Shown: in pieces, positions 47,966-56,998 of the stretch
How positions within the stretch are numbered: the stretch's first letter is position 1
Layout of the letters: each line of letters opens with the position of its first letter
NCBI GenBank assembly: GCA_029565915.1
Contig: JAKQNG010000197.1
Coordinates: 12,759 to 76,758, forward strand
Source: Deltaproteobacteria bacterium
GTDB taxonomy: Bacteria; Myxococcota_A; Polyangia; JAAYKL01
Direction: 5' to 3'
Length of the DNA stretch: 64,000 nucleotides
Notes under the pieces: model-generated
Database searches by the model: none
Told to the model about the DNA's origin: nothing
What the model saw: the letters and a program-made list of their open reading frames with translations, nothing else
Program-made: the position numbers and the translations under genes

Positions 47966-49834
47966 TCAGCGGTTGGTGCCGGGTTGGGCGCTGACCACGA
48001 AGCGGGCATCAACGGAAGGCAGCATCTGGGATTTACCGCCGGAGAAGTCCACGTCTTTCATCCCGGACACGGTGCCGTACACGTTGACCATGCTTTCGAG
48101 GCCCGCGTCGGTTTCACCCCGGAAGGTGACGTGCACCGCGCACCGGCCGCCCACCGGACATCCCCTGTCCACATACAGTAGAAATACGGTGACCCCCGCC
48201 GCCGTGTTGATGTTGATGATCCGCCCCGACAGGACGATTTTTCGGCCCGCGTGAACGGCCGTGTTCCGCGTCAGCTTCGGATAGTCAAATTTCGGGTCGG
48301 CGTCGGCCTTCCAGCTGTCGATGAAGGGTTGCAGGCTCTCCACGCGGCTGATTTCCAGTTCTTGCCGGTTCGGCGCGTGGTCGGCCAGGCGGGATGTGAC
48401 GGAGATGCGGTGGGGACCGGTCTTGTCCAGCGGAATGATCGTGGCGAAGCCGGATGCGTTGGACAAAACCAGTGCACCGTTTACCGTCACCTCCGCCTTG
48501 TCTCCAGCAGTGCCGGCAACTGTGACTTCCGCCGTGTCCACCACCGCGCCCGGCGCCGGTCGATCGATCTGGAGCGGCGTGACGGGAATGGCAATCAGGT
48601 GTTGACCCGATTCGGAACGACCGTCCGGATCGGTCAACTGGAAATTCAGGGTGTAGCGCAGTTCGTCGCCATCGGATCGGGTCTGGTGCTTGCGGATTTC
48701 CTCCAGCGCAATACGGTGGGTGCAGGTGTTGCCGGCCAGGGGGCAGGGCTGGTTGTTCACGGTGACGCGAAAGCCTTCCGCCACCTGGAACTTCACCTCC
48801 ACGGCCGCCGGATCTGCGGCGAGCAGGGACAGATCGTTGGTCACCACATGGCGCAGGGTGATGGGAAAGCTGCGTTTTTCCTGTCGGCCGTCCGGCTGGA
48901 CGAGGGTGAATTCCACGAGGTTGGTGCCGAGCACCAGCGCGGAGCGGGGCAGGAGGAACTGGGCGCTGCCTTCGGTCATGGGAATGGTCTGTCCCTGCAC
49001 GCTCAGGGAAGAACCCGGCGCCGCACCGGGAATCTGCAGTGTGACCGTCAGGTGCTGACCGTCGGCCGTCGGCGCGATCTGGGGCACCGGCTCGTTGCGA
49101 CCGGACAACAAGTAGCGGACGCCCAGAAACGCAAGCAGTCCCAGTACAACCGTTCCAGCCACGGCCACGGCAATGATGAGTCCCGTGGATGGTCCCCGGG
49201 ACGGTGTGTCATCTTCCTCTTCCGGTTCCGGCGGTGCGGACTTTGCCTGCGCGGGTCGTGCCTTCTGGGAAGGATCAGGAGGCGCCACGCGGGTTTCCTC
49301 CAGATCGGGGGATGGTCCGGTGGCCGGTGTGGTTACGGGCGCCCCGACGGCGGTCGCCTGCTTTGCCGCCTGGATGGCGGCCTGCACATCGCCGGAATCC
49401 ACCGCCGGCATTCCCAGCATGGTTCTGGCTGTATCCACGGCCACAGGGGCGCGTTGCGCGGTGGGCGCGGCAGGTTCCGCCTGTGCGGGTTTCGCGGAGG
49501 CCATCCGGATCATCGGAACGCCGGCCGCGGGCCTGGCAGTTTCATTCAGGTTGACCGGCGGCGCGCCGAGCATGGTGCGATTGGAGGCGAATCCCGGTTC
49601 CGCCGGCGCGAGGGCCGCGGGCTGGTGCGCCACGGGTTGCACCTGAACCGGTTTGACCGGGGAGGGCTTTGCCTGGGCTTCCGGAATCTGGGGCGCCCGT
49701 CCGAACAGCATGGTCTTTGCCGGCATCGATCCATCGGTCTGGACCGGACGCGCAACCGCCGGTGCCCCACCGCTCAGGGGAGTGCCACAGGCGGCACAGA
49801 ATTGCACGCCATCCGCATTCGAGGTACCGCACAT
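47966..49834 (-). CDS. Zinc-ribbon / single-TM protein with RTMLG repeats and beta-rich extracytoplasmic domains
   Basis: N-terminal CxxC-x12-CxxC ribbon (MCGTSNADGVQFCAACGTPL). A Pro/Ala-rich linker carries three K/RTMLGxP motifs. One TM (LIIAVAVAGTVVLGLLAFLGV), then ~370 aa of beta-strand-rich sequence. Confidence 0.55.
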   Translation of the reverse strand: MCGTSNADGVQFCAACGTPLSGGAPAVARPVQTDGSMPAKTMLFGRAPQIPEAQAKPSPVKPVQVQPVAHQPAALAPAEPGFASNRTMLGAPPVNLNETARPAAGVPMIRMASAKPAQAEPAAPTAQRAPVAVDTARTMLGMPAVDSGDVQAAIQAAKQATAVGAPVTTPATGPSPDLEETRVAPPDPSQKARPAQAKSAPPEPEEEDDTPSRGPSTGLIIAVAVAGTVVLGLLAFLGVRYLLSGRNEPVPQIAPTADGQHLTVTLQIPGAAPGSSLSVQGQTIPMTEGSAQFLLPRSALVLGTNLVEFTLVQPDGRQEKRSFPITLRHVVTNDLSLLAADPAAVEVKFQVAEGFRVTVNNQPCPLAGNTCTHRIALEEIRKHQTRSDGDELRYTLNFQLTDPDGRSESGQHLIAIPVTPLQIDRPAPGAVVDTAEVTVAGTAGDKAEVTVNGALVLSNASGFATIIPLDKTGPHRISVTSRLADHAPNRQELEISRVESLQPFIDSWKADADPKFDYPKLTRNTAVHAGRKIVLSGRIININTAAGVTVFLLYVDRGCPVGGRCAVHVTFRGETDAGLESMVNVYGTVSGMKDVDFSGGKSQMLPSVDARFVVSAQPGTNR

Positions 49835-50000
49835 ACTGCAGGTTACAGCCAAGAGAATCCTCCTTCGAGGCAAGCATGATTCGTCAATCGACACGCACGG
49901 AACGATTGGAACGATTGAACCGGGATCGTACTTTTCCACGGTCACCGCGTCAATTGATTAACGGTGAGAGTGGGGCAAAGGAGAGGGGCGTCCGGTGGTG

Positions 50001-50987
50001 TCAGGGCGCGTACAGAGTCCGGTAGCGACCCCGGTTTCCCGAAAACTCGACGATGTGGGCCATTCCGGCGCTCCGCCCACCGTTGGCCATCAGTACCGGT
50101 GCAGCCGAAGCGCTGCCCGCCTGAAGGATGAAGGAGGTATGCCAGAGGCCCGGCGGGATGGGGTCTTCTCCCGAAAGAGGCGTGGCGCTGCCGCCGGATT
50201 CCACCACATGGCCATGCAGCCCGAACCGCACCTCGTGGTCGACCATCGCGTCGGTGATGGCGGGATCGCCGATGTTCACGGCGCCTCGTCCCCGGTCCGC
50301 GGCGGCAGGACCCCGGCCCCGGGGAGGCGTCGGACTGACCAGCACCGCCGTCATGTTGGAAGGGGCGGCAGACACGATGGCCGTGACATCTTCGGGTTCA
50401 TAGGAACAGCCCTGATCTCCGGCCTCCAGATAAAAAGGGTTCTGTTCACCGGGCAGGGAGAGGAAGCAGATGTTTTTCATGAACACGCGCCGCACCAGGG
50501 TCAGGTCCACGATCTGCGGATGGGTGGTGCGGAGGGCAGCGATGGCGTTGCGGAAGCCGTGGAAGCTCTCCTGTGCGCCGGGAATCACCAGTATCGGAAT
50601 AGGCGCCTGTGCCAGGGCGTCCAGGATGGTTCTGATCTGCGATTCGGTGCGGCCGGTATCCCCTGCCACGATGATGGCCTGCACCCGGGCCGCCTTGAAC
50701 CGGTCCAGAAAATACTTGATGGCGGTAAGGGTTTCCGGTGCGGTGTCGGACAGGCCGGCGAGAAGGCCCACACGGACCACCGCGCTGTCGCCGCCGGTGA
50801 TTTTCAGGTCGCTGCCGTTGCGGATGGCGGTAAGGGGCGGCAGGGATATCTTTTCGGTCCGTCCGTCATCCTGCGCGTCGGCGCAGCGGAGAAATTCATG
50901 ACCGTCCCGGCGATCCGACGGAGGCTGGCTCCCGCCGCGACATCCGGCGGACAGCAGAAGCAGGAACAGGACGGTCAGGCGGTTCAT
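50001..50987 (-). CDS. Calcineurin-like metallophosphoesterase lipoprotein
   Basis: Lipobox LSAGC. GDTG..., GNHE-like and LHGH motifs spaced as in MPEs. Confidence 0.6.
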   Translation of the reverse strand: MNRLTVLFLLLLSAGCRGGSQPPSDRRDGHEFLRCADAQDDGRTEKISLPPLTAIRNGSDLKITGGDSAVVRVGLLAGLSDTAPETLTAIKYFLDRFKAARVQAIIVAGDTGRTESQIRTILDALAQAPIPILVIPGAQESFHGFRNAIAALRTTHPQIVDLTLVRRVFMKNICFLSLPGEQNPFYLEAGDQGCSYEPEDVTAIVSAAPSNMTAVLVSPTPPRGRGPAAADRGRGAVNIGDPAITDAMVDHEVRFGLHGHVVESGGSATPLSGEDPIPPGLWHTSFILQAGSASAAPVLMANGGRSAGMAHIVEFSGNRGRYRTLYAP

Positions 50988-51655
50988 CGGCGGACCGACA
51001 CGTCGAAGACCGTGGAATTTCCGGGTCGCTGTCGGAACTGCAGCACGGCGAGGCCGAGCTGAACGATGCGGCTGTCGGGTTTCTGAAGCGTGATGTGTTC
51101 GTCGTCCAGCTTGACTACCCGGCAGTCCCCGAACTGCCGATGGCAGACCGTATCGCCGGGAGCGGGAAGGGGCGGTTCCTCCTCATTCCACAGATGGGAG
51201 CGGGAACCCTGCTTCTCAAGCGTCGCTGATACCTCGATGGCCCGGTGCCAGTGTGCATCCGCCGCCTTTTTTTCGTTCGTTTCCTTCGGCACAGAAGCGG
51301 CATCGTCTGCGCGAAGGGGCGTGAACGTCAGCTCGAGCAGAGACGACTCACCGCCCGTCAAGCGCCCGCCGACCACCATGATGCCGTTGTCGGTATGCTT
51401 GGCAATGAGGCATCGGTAGTCGGAGATGACCATCCCCGCAGCACGCCGGATCCGGCCCTGCAGGTTGAGCAGGTCAAGAGGTCCTTCGATGTGAAGGGTG
51501 TTGCCAGCAGCGTCCGTCAGCTGTGCGCTGCGCAGGTTTCCGAAACCGCACACATCGCAGAATTCCCCCGCGGGAATGGCGATGTCGTCGATGGCGGCGG
51601 GCAGGTTTGACGGGGTTTCCAGCGTTTTCGCGATGGGTCGATCCTCGGTTGGCAT
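50984..51655 (-). CDS. Hypothetical protein, ATGA-coupled to the metallophosphoesterase
   Basis: 223 aa with coding-like composition. No recognised family. Confidence 0.35.
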   Translation of the reverse strand: MPTEDRPIAKTLETPSNLPAAIDDIAIPAGEFCDVCGFGNLRSAQLTDAAGNTLHIEGPLDLLNLQGRIRRAAGMVISDYRCLIAKHTDNGIMVVGGRLTGGESSLLELTFTPLRADDAASVPKETNEKKAADAHWHRAIEVSATLEKQGSRSHLWNEEEPPLPAPGDTVCHRQFGDCRVVKLDDEHITLQKPDSRIVQLGLAVLQFRQRPGNSTVFDVSVRR

Positions 51656-51718
51656 GGGGTTCTACTACAACCAAAATCACCGATTGTCCAGCGGTGGACC
51701 GGGTGTTATCCATGGGCT

Positions 51719-52402
51719 GTGGAACTGCAGATTCTCCATCGCGACGACGTCCTGCTGGCCGTGTTCAAACCCGCCTGGACCGTGGTCCACCGGGGACTCG
51801 CCCTGGACGGGCCGTTTCTGTCCGATGCGGTGCGCGAAACCCTTGGCGTCCGGCAGGTGCATCCAATTCACCGACTTGATCGACAGGCCAGCGGACCGGT
51901 CCTGTTTGCCCTGTCGTCCCGCATCGCCGCAGTGATGCAGTCCCAGTTCTTCAGCGGCGCCATTCACAAGTCCTACCTGGCGCTGGTGCGCGGTGTGCCA
52001 CCCCGCATCGGCGTGGTGGACAGCCCCGTTCCCGCAAAGGAAGGCGGCGAACGGATACCGGCGCGCACGGAATACACGCTGCTCGAAACGGCAAGGACGC
52101 AGCCCCGGGACGTGTCCCTGATCCGGGCCGTGCCCGTGACCGGTCGCTTTCACCAGATCCGGCGTCACTTCAAACACATCAACCACCCGTTGATCGGCGA
52201 TGCCAATTACGGCAAAGGAGACCTGAACCGCGCCTTCAAGGAGCGCTACGGACTCTGCCGCATGGGCCTCCACGCCGAGGCGTTTTCTTTTGACCATCCC
52301 GTCTCCCTGCAGCGGATGACTGTGCGCGCTGCCCTGCCGGACGATTTTCTCCGTCCTCTGCAGGCCATGGGTTTTCAGGTTTCAAATTTCGAAAACGAAT
52401 AA
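51719..52402 (+). CDS. RluA-family pseudouridine synthase (TruC-like)
   Basis: GTG start. Catalytic HRLDRQASG motif and TruC-like size (227 aa). Confidence 0.8.
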   Translation: MELQILHRDDVLLAVFKPAWTVVHRGLALDGPFLSDAVRETLGVRQVHPIHRLDRQASGPVLFALSSRIAAVMQSQFFSGAIHKSYLALVRGVPPRIGVVDSPVPAKEGGERIPARTEYTLLETARTQPRDVSLIRAVPVTGRFHQIRRHFKHINHPLIGDANYGKGDLNRAFKERYGLCRMGLHAEAFSFDHPVSLQRMTVRAALPDDFLRPLQAMGFQVSNFENE

Positions 52403-52406
52403 TTGC

Positions 52407-53228
52407 TCAGCGGTTGTATTTTGCCAGAAGCGGACGGTAGTCCTTGTCGGAAGCGGGAATCACGGCCGTGAGAGTGAGGGACCGACACAAATCCTTTCCC
52501 TCGGGCCGGTCGCACAGACCGACGAGGGACTTGCGGATGGCGTCGGCCTTTGCGCGCCCATCATTCAGCACCACCACGGCGGGCGCGGGAACCGGCGCGG
52601 ATGTGTGGATGATCTGCAGATCAGACGCAAATTCCAGCTCGCTCATGTGATCCTTTGCATCCTGGTCGATGAGGGCGGCGTCCGCATCACCGCGGTGCAC
52701 GTCCCGCAGGGATTTCAACGGTCGCCCCTGGGACACGAGCCGGATGTCGGTCGGAGCCTTTTTGTCGAGCAGGACGTTGAACACGTATTTCGGGTCGTGA
52801 ACCACGACGCCGCTCATCGTCTTGCCCGAGAGCGCCTTCAGATTCGCCGCGCCATCCTTGCGGGTAACCACGTAGTAGGTCTGTTCTCCGCGGCCATTGG
52901 CGTGGACCCGGGCGATGACCTGCATCTTCTGGGTCTTCTGGCTCATGGCGTAAACCGACGGCTCCATGAGGGCGATGCCCGGTTTGACAGATGCCAGCCG
53001 CTCGGCCGCATCAGCGCCGTCCGGGATGAAAATGCCCTTCATGCTGAAGGGTGTCTCTCCCATGTCGGTTTCCAGATAGCGGAGCATCTGATCCACGTAG
53101 GGCTGGGCCTGTTCGGTGGTGCCGGGAAACCCGGGCAGCAGCAGGAGCAGATCGGTGGCCGCCGCCACCGCGCTCAGGCAGGTGACAATTACCGTGCCGA
53201 GAATGGTCAGTCTGATGTGCCGTTTCAT
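52407..53228 (-). CDS. Periplasmic substrate-binding-like protein (PhnD/SsuA/transferrin-type fold, orphan)
   Basis: Signal peptide plus a two-lobed alpha/beta pattern typical of type-2 SBPs. No cognate ABC permease/ATPase is adjacent. Confidence 0.4.
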   Translation of the reverse strand: MKRHIRLTILGTVIVTCLSAVAAATDLLLLLPGFPGTTEQAQPYVDQMLRYLETDMGETPFSMKGIFIPDGADAAERLASVKPGIALMEPSVYAMSQKTQKMQVIARVHANGRGEQTYYVVTRKDGAANLKALSGKTMSGVVVHDPKYVFNVLLDKKAPTDIRLVSQGRPLKSLRDVHRGDADAALIDQDAKDHMSELEFASDLQIIHTSAPVPAPAVVVLNDGRAKADAIRKSLVGLCDRPEGKDLCRSLTLTAVIPASDKDYRPLLAKYNR

Positions 53229-53246
53229 CCCTTGCCTTCTCCGGGT

Positions 53247-53999
53247 CTACTCCCTCATCAGGGAGCGGGTGGTGAACGTGCTGTCGGGAATGCCCTGGTT
53301 CACTTTGCATTCGAAGAACCGCAGCTCCGTGCTGGAGCCGGTCTTGTGATCCGTGTAGACCATCTTTACGGGAATCGTGATGACGCCGAAGGTCTGCCAG
53401 TCGCTGCGGACCTGGGATTTCACGAGGGTGCCCTGGGAATTGTAGGATTCCACGCGCTCCACGCCGCCGTATTTTTTTGAAACCGTCACCAGCATGTAGC
53501 TGTAAATCGTTTCAGTGCCCTTCTGAGGGGTCATCCGGAGAACCCAGACCTTGTCATCATCCTTGATGATCTTCGCATCCCAGCCTTTGGACAGGGACGC
53601 GGTGCCCAGTTCCTCGGCAGAGATGTCGGTGCCCATGAAGCCCTGATCCTGTACATGGGAGGCCACCCGCCGCACGCGTTTGTAGCTGGGCATGTAAACA
53701 TAGGTGAGCCCGTCGTCCGTGGTGAGCACCGCCATGCCGCGCACGTCGCCGGGGCCGGTAAACGTGATGCGCTTCATGTTGAGACCCTTGAGGACCGCTT
53801 CAAAGGTCATGGTCTTGATTTTTTTACCGTCCCGGATGACCGAAACTTCCGCGTTGTAGGTGGTGTCGGACACCTTGAGCAGGTTATCGTCCACGGTGTC
53901 GAGGATCTGCTGCACGGTCTTCTTCTGCGCATGCGCGACGCCTCCCATGACAAGGAGCGACGCGAGGGTGAGCATGAAAAGGGATTGTTTTCGATTCAT
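53247..53999 (-). CDS. LolA-like outer-membrane lipoprotein-sorting family protein
   Basis: Signal peptide MNRKQSLFMLTLASLLVMGGVAHA and the ~250-aa beta-rich pattern of the LolA_like family (recalled). Confidence 0.45.
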   Translation of the reverse strand: MNRKQSLFMLTLASLLVMGGVAHAQKKTVQQILDTVDDNLLKVSDTTYNAEVSVIRDGKKIKTMTFEAVLKGLNMKRITFTGPGDVRGMAVLTTDDGLTYVYMPSYKRVRRVASHVQDQGFMGTDISAEELGTASLSKGWDAKIIKDDDKVWVLRMTPQKGTETIYSYMLVTVSKKYGGVERVESYNSQGTLVKSQVRSDWQTFGVITIPVKMVYTDHKTGSSTELRFFECKVNQGIPDSTFTTRSLMRE

Positions 54000-54265
54000 C
54001 AGCGATTGTTCCTTCCGTTGTATCCGGAATCCCGGTTCATTCCGAGGAGTCTGTCTGTGGACGAACCCGACCCGGGGGTTATTCATCCCGTTCCGCAGCA
54101 GGTATCTAAACCATTTTCAATGACCTGTTAAGTTATTCAACTCCCTGTTCCACAACATGCAAAACATGACATTGATATCAACGAAAAGGCATCCGGCGCG
54201 GACGTGCATTGGCCCGGCAGCGATACCGGGGAGTGTGGCCGCGAGCGATGCATCAGGGTGGGACC

Positions 54266-54679
54266 TCAGCGGGGGACGATTTCCAGCGTGTGGGTAATTT
54301 GCGCGGACTTTGCCAGCATGGCGGAAACGCCGCAGAACTGATTCTTCGACAGTTCGATGGCCCGCTCGATGTGGGGTCGATCGGCTTCGTCCGCCACAAA
54401 GCGATAGGTGATGTGAATGGTTTTAAACACCATTGGATGGGTGCTCGTCTGCTCGGCCGCCACGTCGATGTCGAACCGGTCCCAGGTCACCTTCTTCTTT
54501 TCGAGGATGGTTGCCACGTCGAGGCCCGTACACCCCGCCAGGCCGTGAAGGACCATGGCCTTGGGCGTGGGTGCTTCGCCTCTGCCGCCGGACGCCGCCG
54601 CCGCATCCATGGTGACCGACGCGGCCCCGTCGCCGCTGTGAAACCGCTTGTTCCCCTGATAACTGGTCGTGATCTGCAT
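54266..54679 (-). CDS. OsmC/Ohr-family peroxiredoxin-like protein
   Basis: MQITTSYQGNKRF...LHGLAGCTGLDVATILEKKK...QFCGVSAML. Both conserved OsmC cysteines are present. Confidence 0.8.
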   Translation of the reverse strand: MQITTSYQGNKRFHSGDGAASVTMDAAAASGGRGEAPTPKAMVLHGLAGCTGLDVATILEKKKVTWDRFDIDVAAEQTSTHPMVFKTIHITYRFVADEADRPHIERAIELSKNQFCGVSAMLAKSAQITHTLEIVPR

Positions 54680-54755
54680 GATGTTTCTCCTCTGACCGTG
54701 TCGGCTGAATCGAAACATGCACACGACACAGCCGATTGTAAAGAGACGGTCGTAC

Positions 54756-55676
54756 CTATCGGGATTCGCTGTCCGGCGGGGCAGATTTCGGTCGGCGGAA
54801 GCGAATGATGCCTGCAACGCCCGCGAAGATGAGGGCGGCACTGACAAACGTGCTGCCGTGAACGGTTTCATCGAGAAAGAACCAGCCCAGAAACACGGCG
54901 ATAACGGGATTCACAAAGGCGTAGCTGACGGCCAGGGTGGGAGACAGCACCTGCAGGCAGAAAATATAGGCGGTAAAGGCGACCAGTCCGCCGAAGACGG
55001 TCACATAAACGAAGGCGATCCACGGGCCTCTCCCATCGGGCAGCACCGGTGTTTCGAAAATGGCCGTTGCCACGAGAAAGCCCACCGAGGCAATGAGCTG
55101 CTGCCATCCCGCGGAAGCGATGGACGAGACGGCAACGGGACGCCGGGCCTGCAGGACGGAGCCCAGGGACCAGAAGACCGGCGCACAGAAAAGCGCAATT
55201 ACCCGGCCGATATCCTGTGGCGGCACCCGCGACAGCGTGCTGCCGTTCAGAATGAGCAGTCCCGAAAATCCCAGCAGGAGAGATAGAATCAGCCCCGGGG
55301 ACGGGCGGCGGTGGTCGGCGATGGAATCGATGAGCGTCGTCCACAAAGGAAGGGTTCCCACGGACAGGGCCGCATAACCCGAGTCGATGCGCTGCAGAGA
55401 CCAGGTAATGAGGCCGTTTCCGCCGAGCCAGAGCAGCAGCCCGGCGGGCACGAGGATGACGAAATCCGCCAACCCCGGACGCACTGCTTCTTTGCGGAGA
55501 GCCGCAAATGCCAGCAGCAGGGCACCGGCGGCCGCCGTCCGCAGGGCCACCATGAAGAACGGCGAAAACCCGTCCTCTCCCACGGCGATGGACAGGGCCA
55601 GATAGGTGGAACTCCAGATGACATAAAGGGAAAACAGGGCGGCAAGGCCCTTGCGATGTGGAGGGACGAAGTTCAC
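54756..55676 (-). CDS. EamA/DMT-family transporter
   Basis: 10-TM duplicated EamA topology. Confidence 0.8.
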   Translation of the reverse strand: MNFVPPHRKGLAALFSLYVIWSSTYLALSIAVGEDGFSPFFMVALRTAAAGALLLAFAALRKEAVRPGLADFVILVPAGLLLWLGGNGLITWSLQRIDSGYAALSVGTLPLWTTLIDSIADHRRPSPGLILSLLLGFSGLLILNGSTLSRVPPQDIGRVIALFCAPVFWSLGSVLQARRPVAVSSIASAGWQQLIASVGFLVATAIFETPVLPDGRGPWIAFVYVTVFGGLVAFTAYIFCLQVLSPTLAVSYAFVNPVIAVFLGWFFLDETVHGSTFVSAALIFAGVAGIIRFRRPKSAPPDSESR

Positions 55677-55677
55677 G

Positions 55678-56118
55678 TCAGTTGTTGGACGCCTCGTCGG
55701 GCGGCCATTTCTGCTCCACCGGGTCCGTCACCATGCCAAGCTTGGGAATGCCTGCCTTCTTGACGATGGCCATCACCTGCACGACAAAGCCGTAGGGAAT
55801 GGATGCGTCCGCCTGCAGATACAGTTCGCCCTCCCGCTGGAGGCGGGCGTTGGAGATGAGCGTCTGTTCGAGCGCCTCATGGGGAATCCGGGTTTCGCCC
55901 AGAAACACGTTGCGTTGCCGGTCGATGGTCATGACGAGTTTGGATTCGTCAACTTCCATTGGCGCTGCCTCGGCTTTGGGCAGATCCAGTTCCACGCCAC
56001 GGTCCATCATGGGCGCTGTGATCATGAAGATAATGAGGAGCACCAGCATCACGTCCACCAGGGGCGTGATGTTGATGTCGCTCATGGGAGTGCCGGGGCC
56101 GTTACCGGACAGTGCCAT
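55678..56118 (-). CDS. ExbD/TolR-family biopolymer transport protein
   Basis: ITPLVDVMLVLLIIFMITAP signature and single TM. Confidence 0.85.
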   Translation of the reverse strand: MALSGNGPGTPMSDINITPLVDVMLVLLIIFMITAPMMDRGVELDLPKAEAAPMEVDESKLVMTIDRQRNVFLGETRIPHEALEQTLISNARLQREGELYLQADASIPYGFVVQVMAIVKKAGIPKLGMVTDPVEQKWPPDEASNN

Positions 56119-56134
56119 CTGCGCAACTGCCTTT

Positions 56135-56884
56135 CTACTTGAAGAAGTGGCGTTTGACGATGTTCACGAAATCCGCCGAAAAGTTGTCCATCTCCGACGA
56201 CAGCACGCGGATGCGCCGGAGAAAGTAGTTATATGCGATCACCGCCGGAATGGCGGCCAGCAGGCCGATGGCCGTGGCAATGAGGGCCTCGGAAATGCCC
56301 TGGGATACAACCTCCATGCCCGCGGAGCCGCTGGCGCTGATCTGCATGAAGGAAATCATGATGCCGATGACAGTACCGAACAATCCCACAAAGGGTGCCG
56401 TCGATCCGATGGTGGCCAGAAAAGGCACCATGCTTTCGAGGTGCGTGACCTCGCTGGTCATGGCGCGACGCAGGGCCCGCTCCACGTTGCCGATGGCGCC
56501 GGCGCTGGTTTCATCCGACGTGGATTCGCTTTCCTTTTTCTGGGCCTTCAGCTTGGACAGCTCAATGTACCCCGCCTTGAACAACGACGAAATGGGGCTC
56601 CGTTCATATCGATCGGCGGCCTGGTAGATTTCGTCGAGGCGTTTGGAGGACCAGAAGATATTCAGGAAGCGGACGGTCTGTACCTGTGCGCGGCGGATCT
56701 GAATGAATTTGTAAACCACGATGAAAATGCCGATGAGGATGAACAGCACCAGCATCGCGATGACGCCTTTGACAATGGGGGACGCCTCCGCGATGAGCCG
56801 CATCATTTCAGCCATATTGCCGGCGGTGGCACCGCTTTTCCCGGGTACCGCACCGGCCAGGATGGTCGTAATCGTTTGATTCAT
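56135..56884 (-). CDS. MotA/TolQ/ExbB-family proton channel
   Basis: 3-TM pattern with the conserved C-terminal region (GLFGTVIGIMISF...EALIATAIGLLAAIPAVIAYN). Confidence 0.85.
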   Translation of the reverse strand: MNQTITTILAGAVPGKSGATAGNMAEMMRLIAEASPIVKGVIAMLVLFILIGIFIVVYKFIQIRRAQVQTVRFLNIFWSSKRLDEIYQAADRYERSPISSLFKAGYIELSKLKAQKKESESTSDETSAGAIGNVERALRRAMTSEVTHLESMVPFLATIGSTAPFVGLFGTVIGIMISFMQISASGSAGMEVVSQGISEALIATAIGLLAAIPAVIAYNYFLRRIRVLSSEMDNFSADFVNIVKRHFFK

Positions 56885-56998
56885 GGTGTCCCTTTTAACC
56901 GTTTAAAATGGTCTGTCTGCCCATGTTTATCGTTGCTTCCGCGCAAATTCGCAATTTTTCGATCCATTTTCCCGGTGGGAACGCCCGGGGAGAGCAGA

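Noticed and set aside
48251-51062. 542-aa and 355-aa + ORFs
   Set aside because: Antisense to the zinc-ribbon membrane protein and the metallophosphoesterase lipoprotein. R/G-rich.
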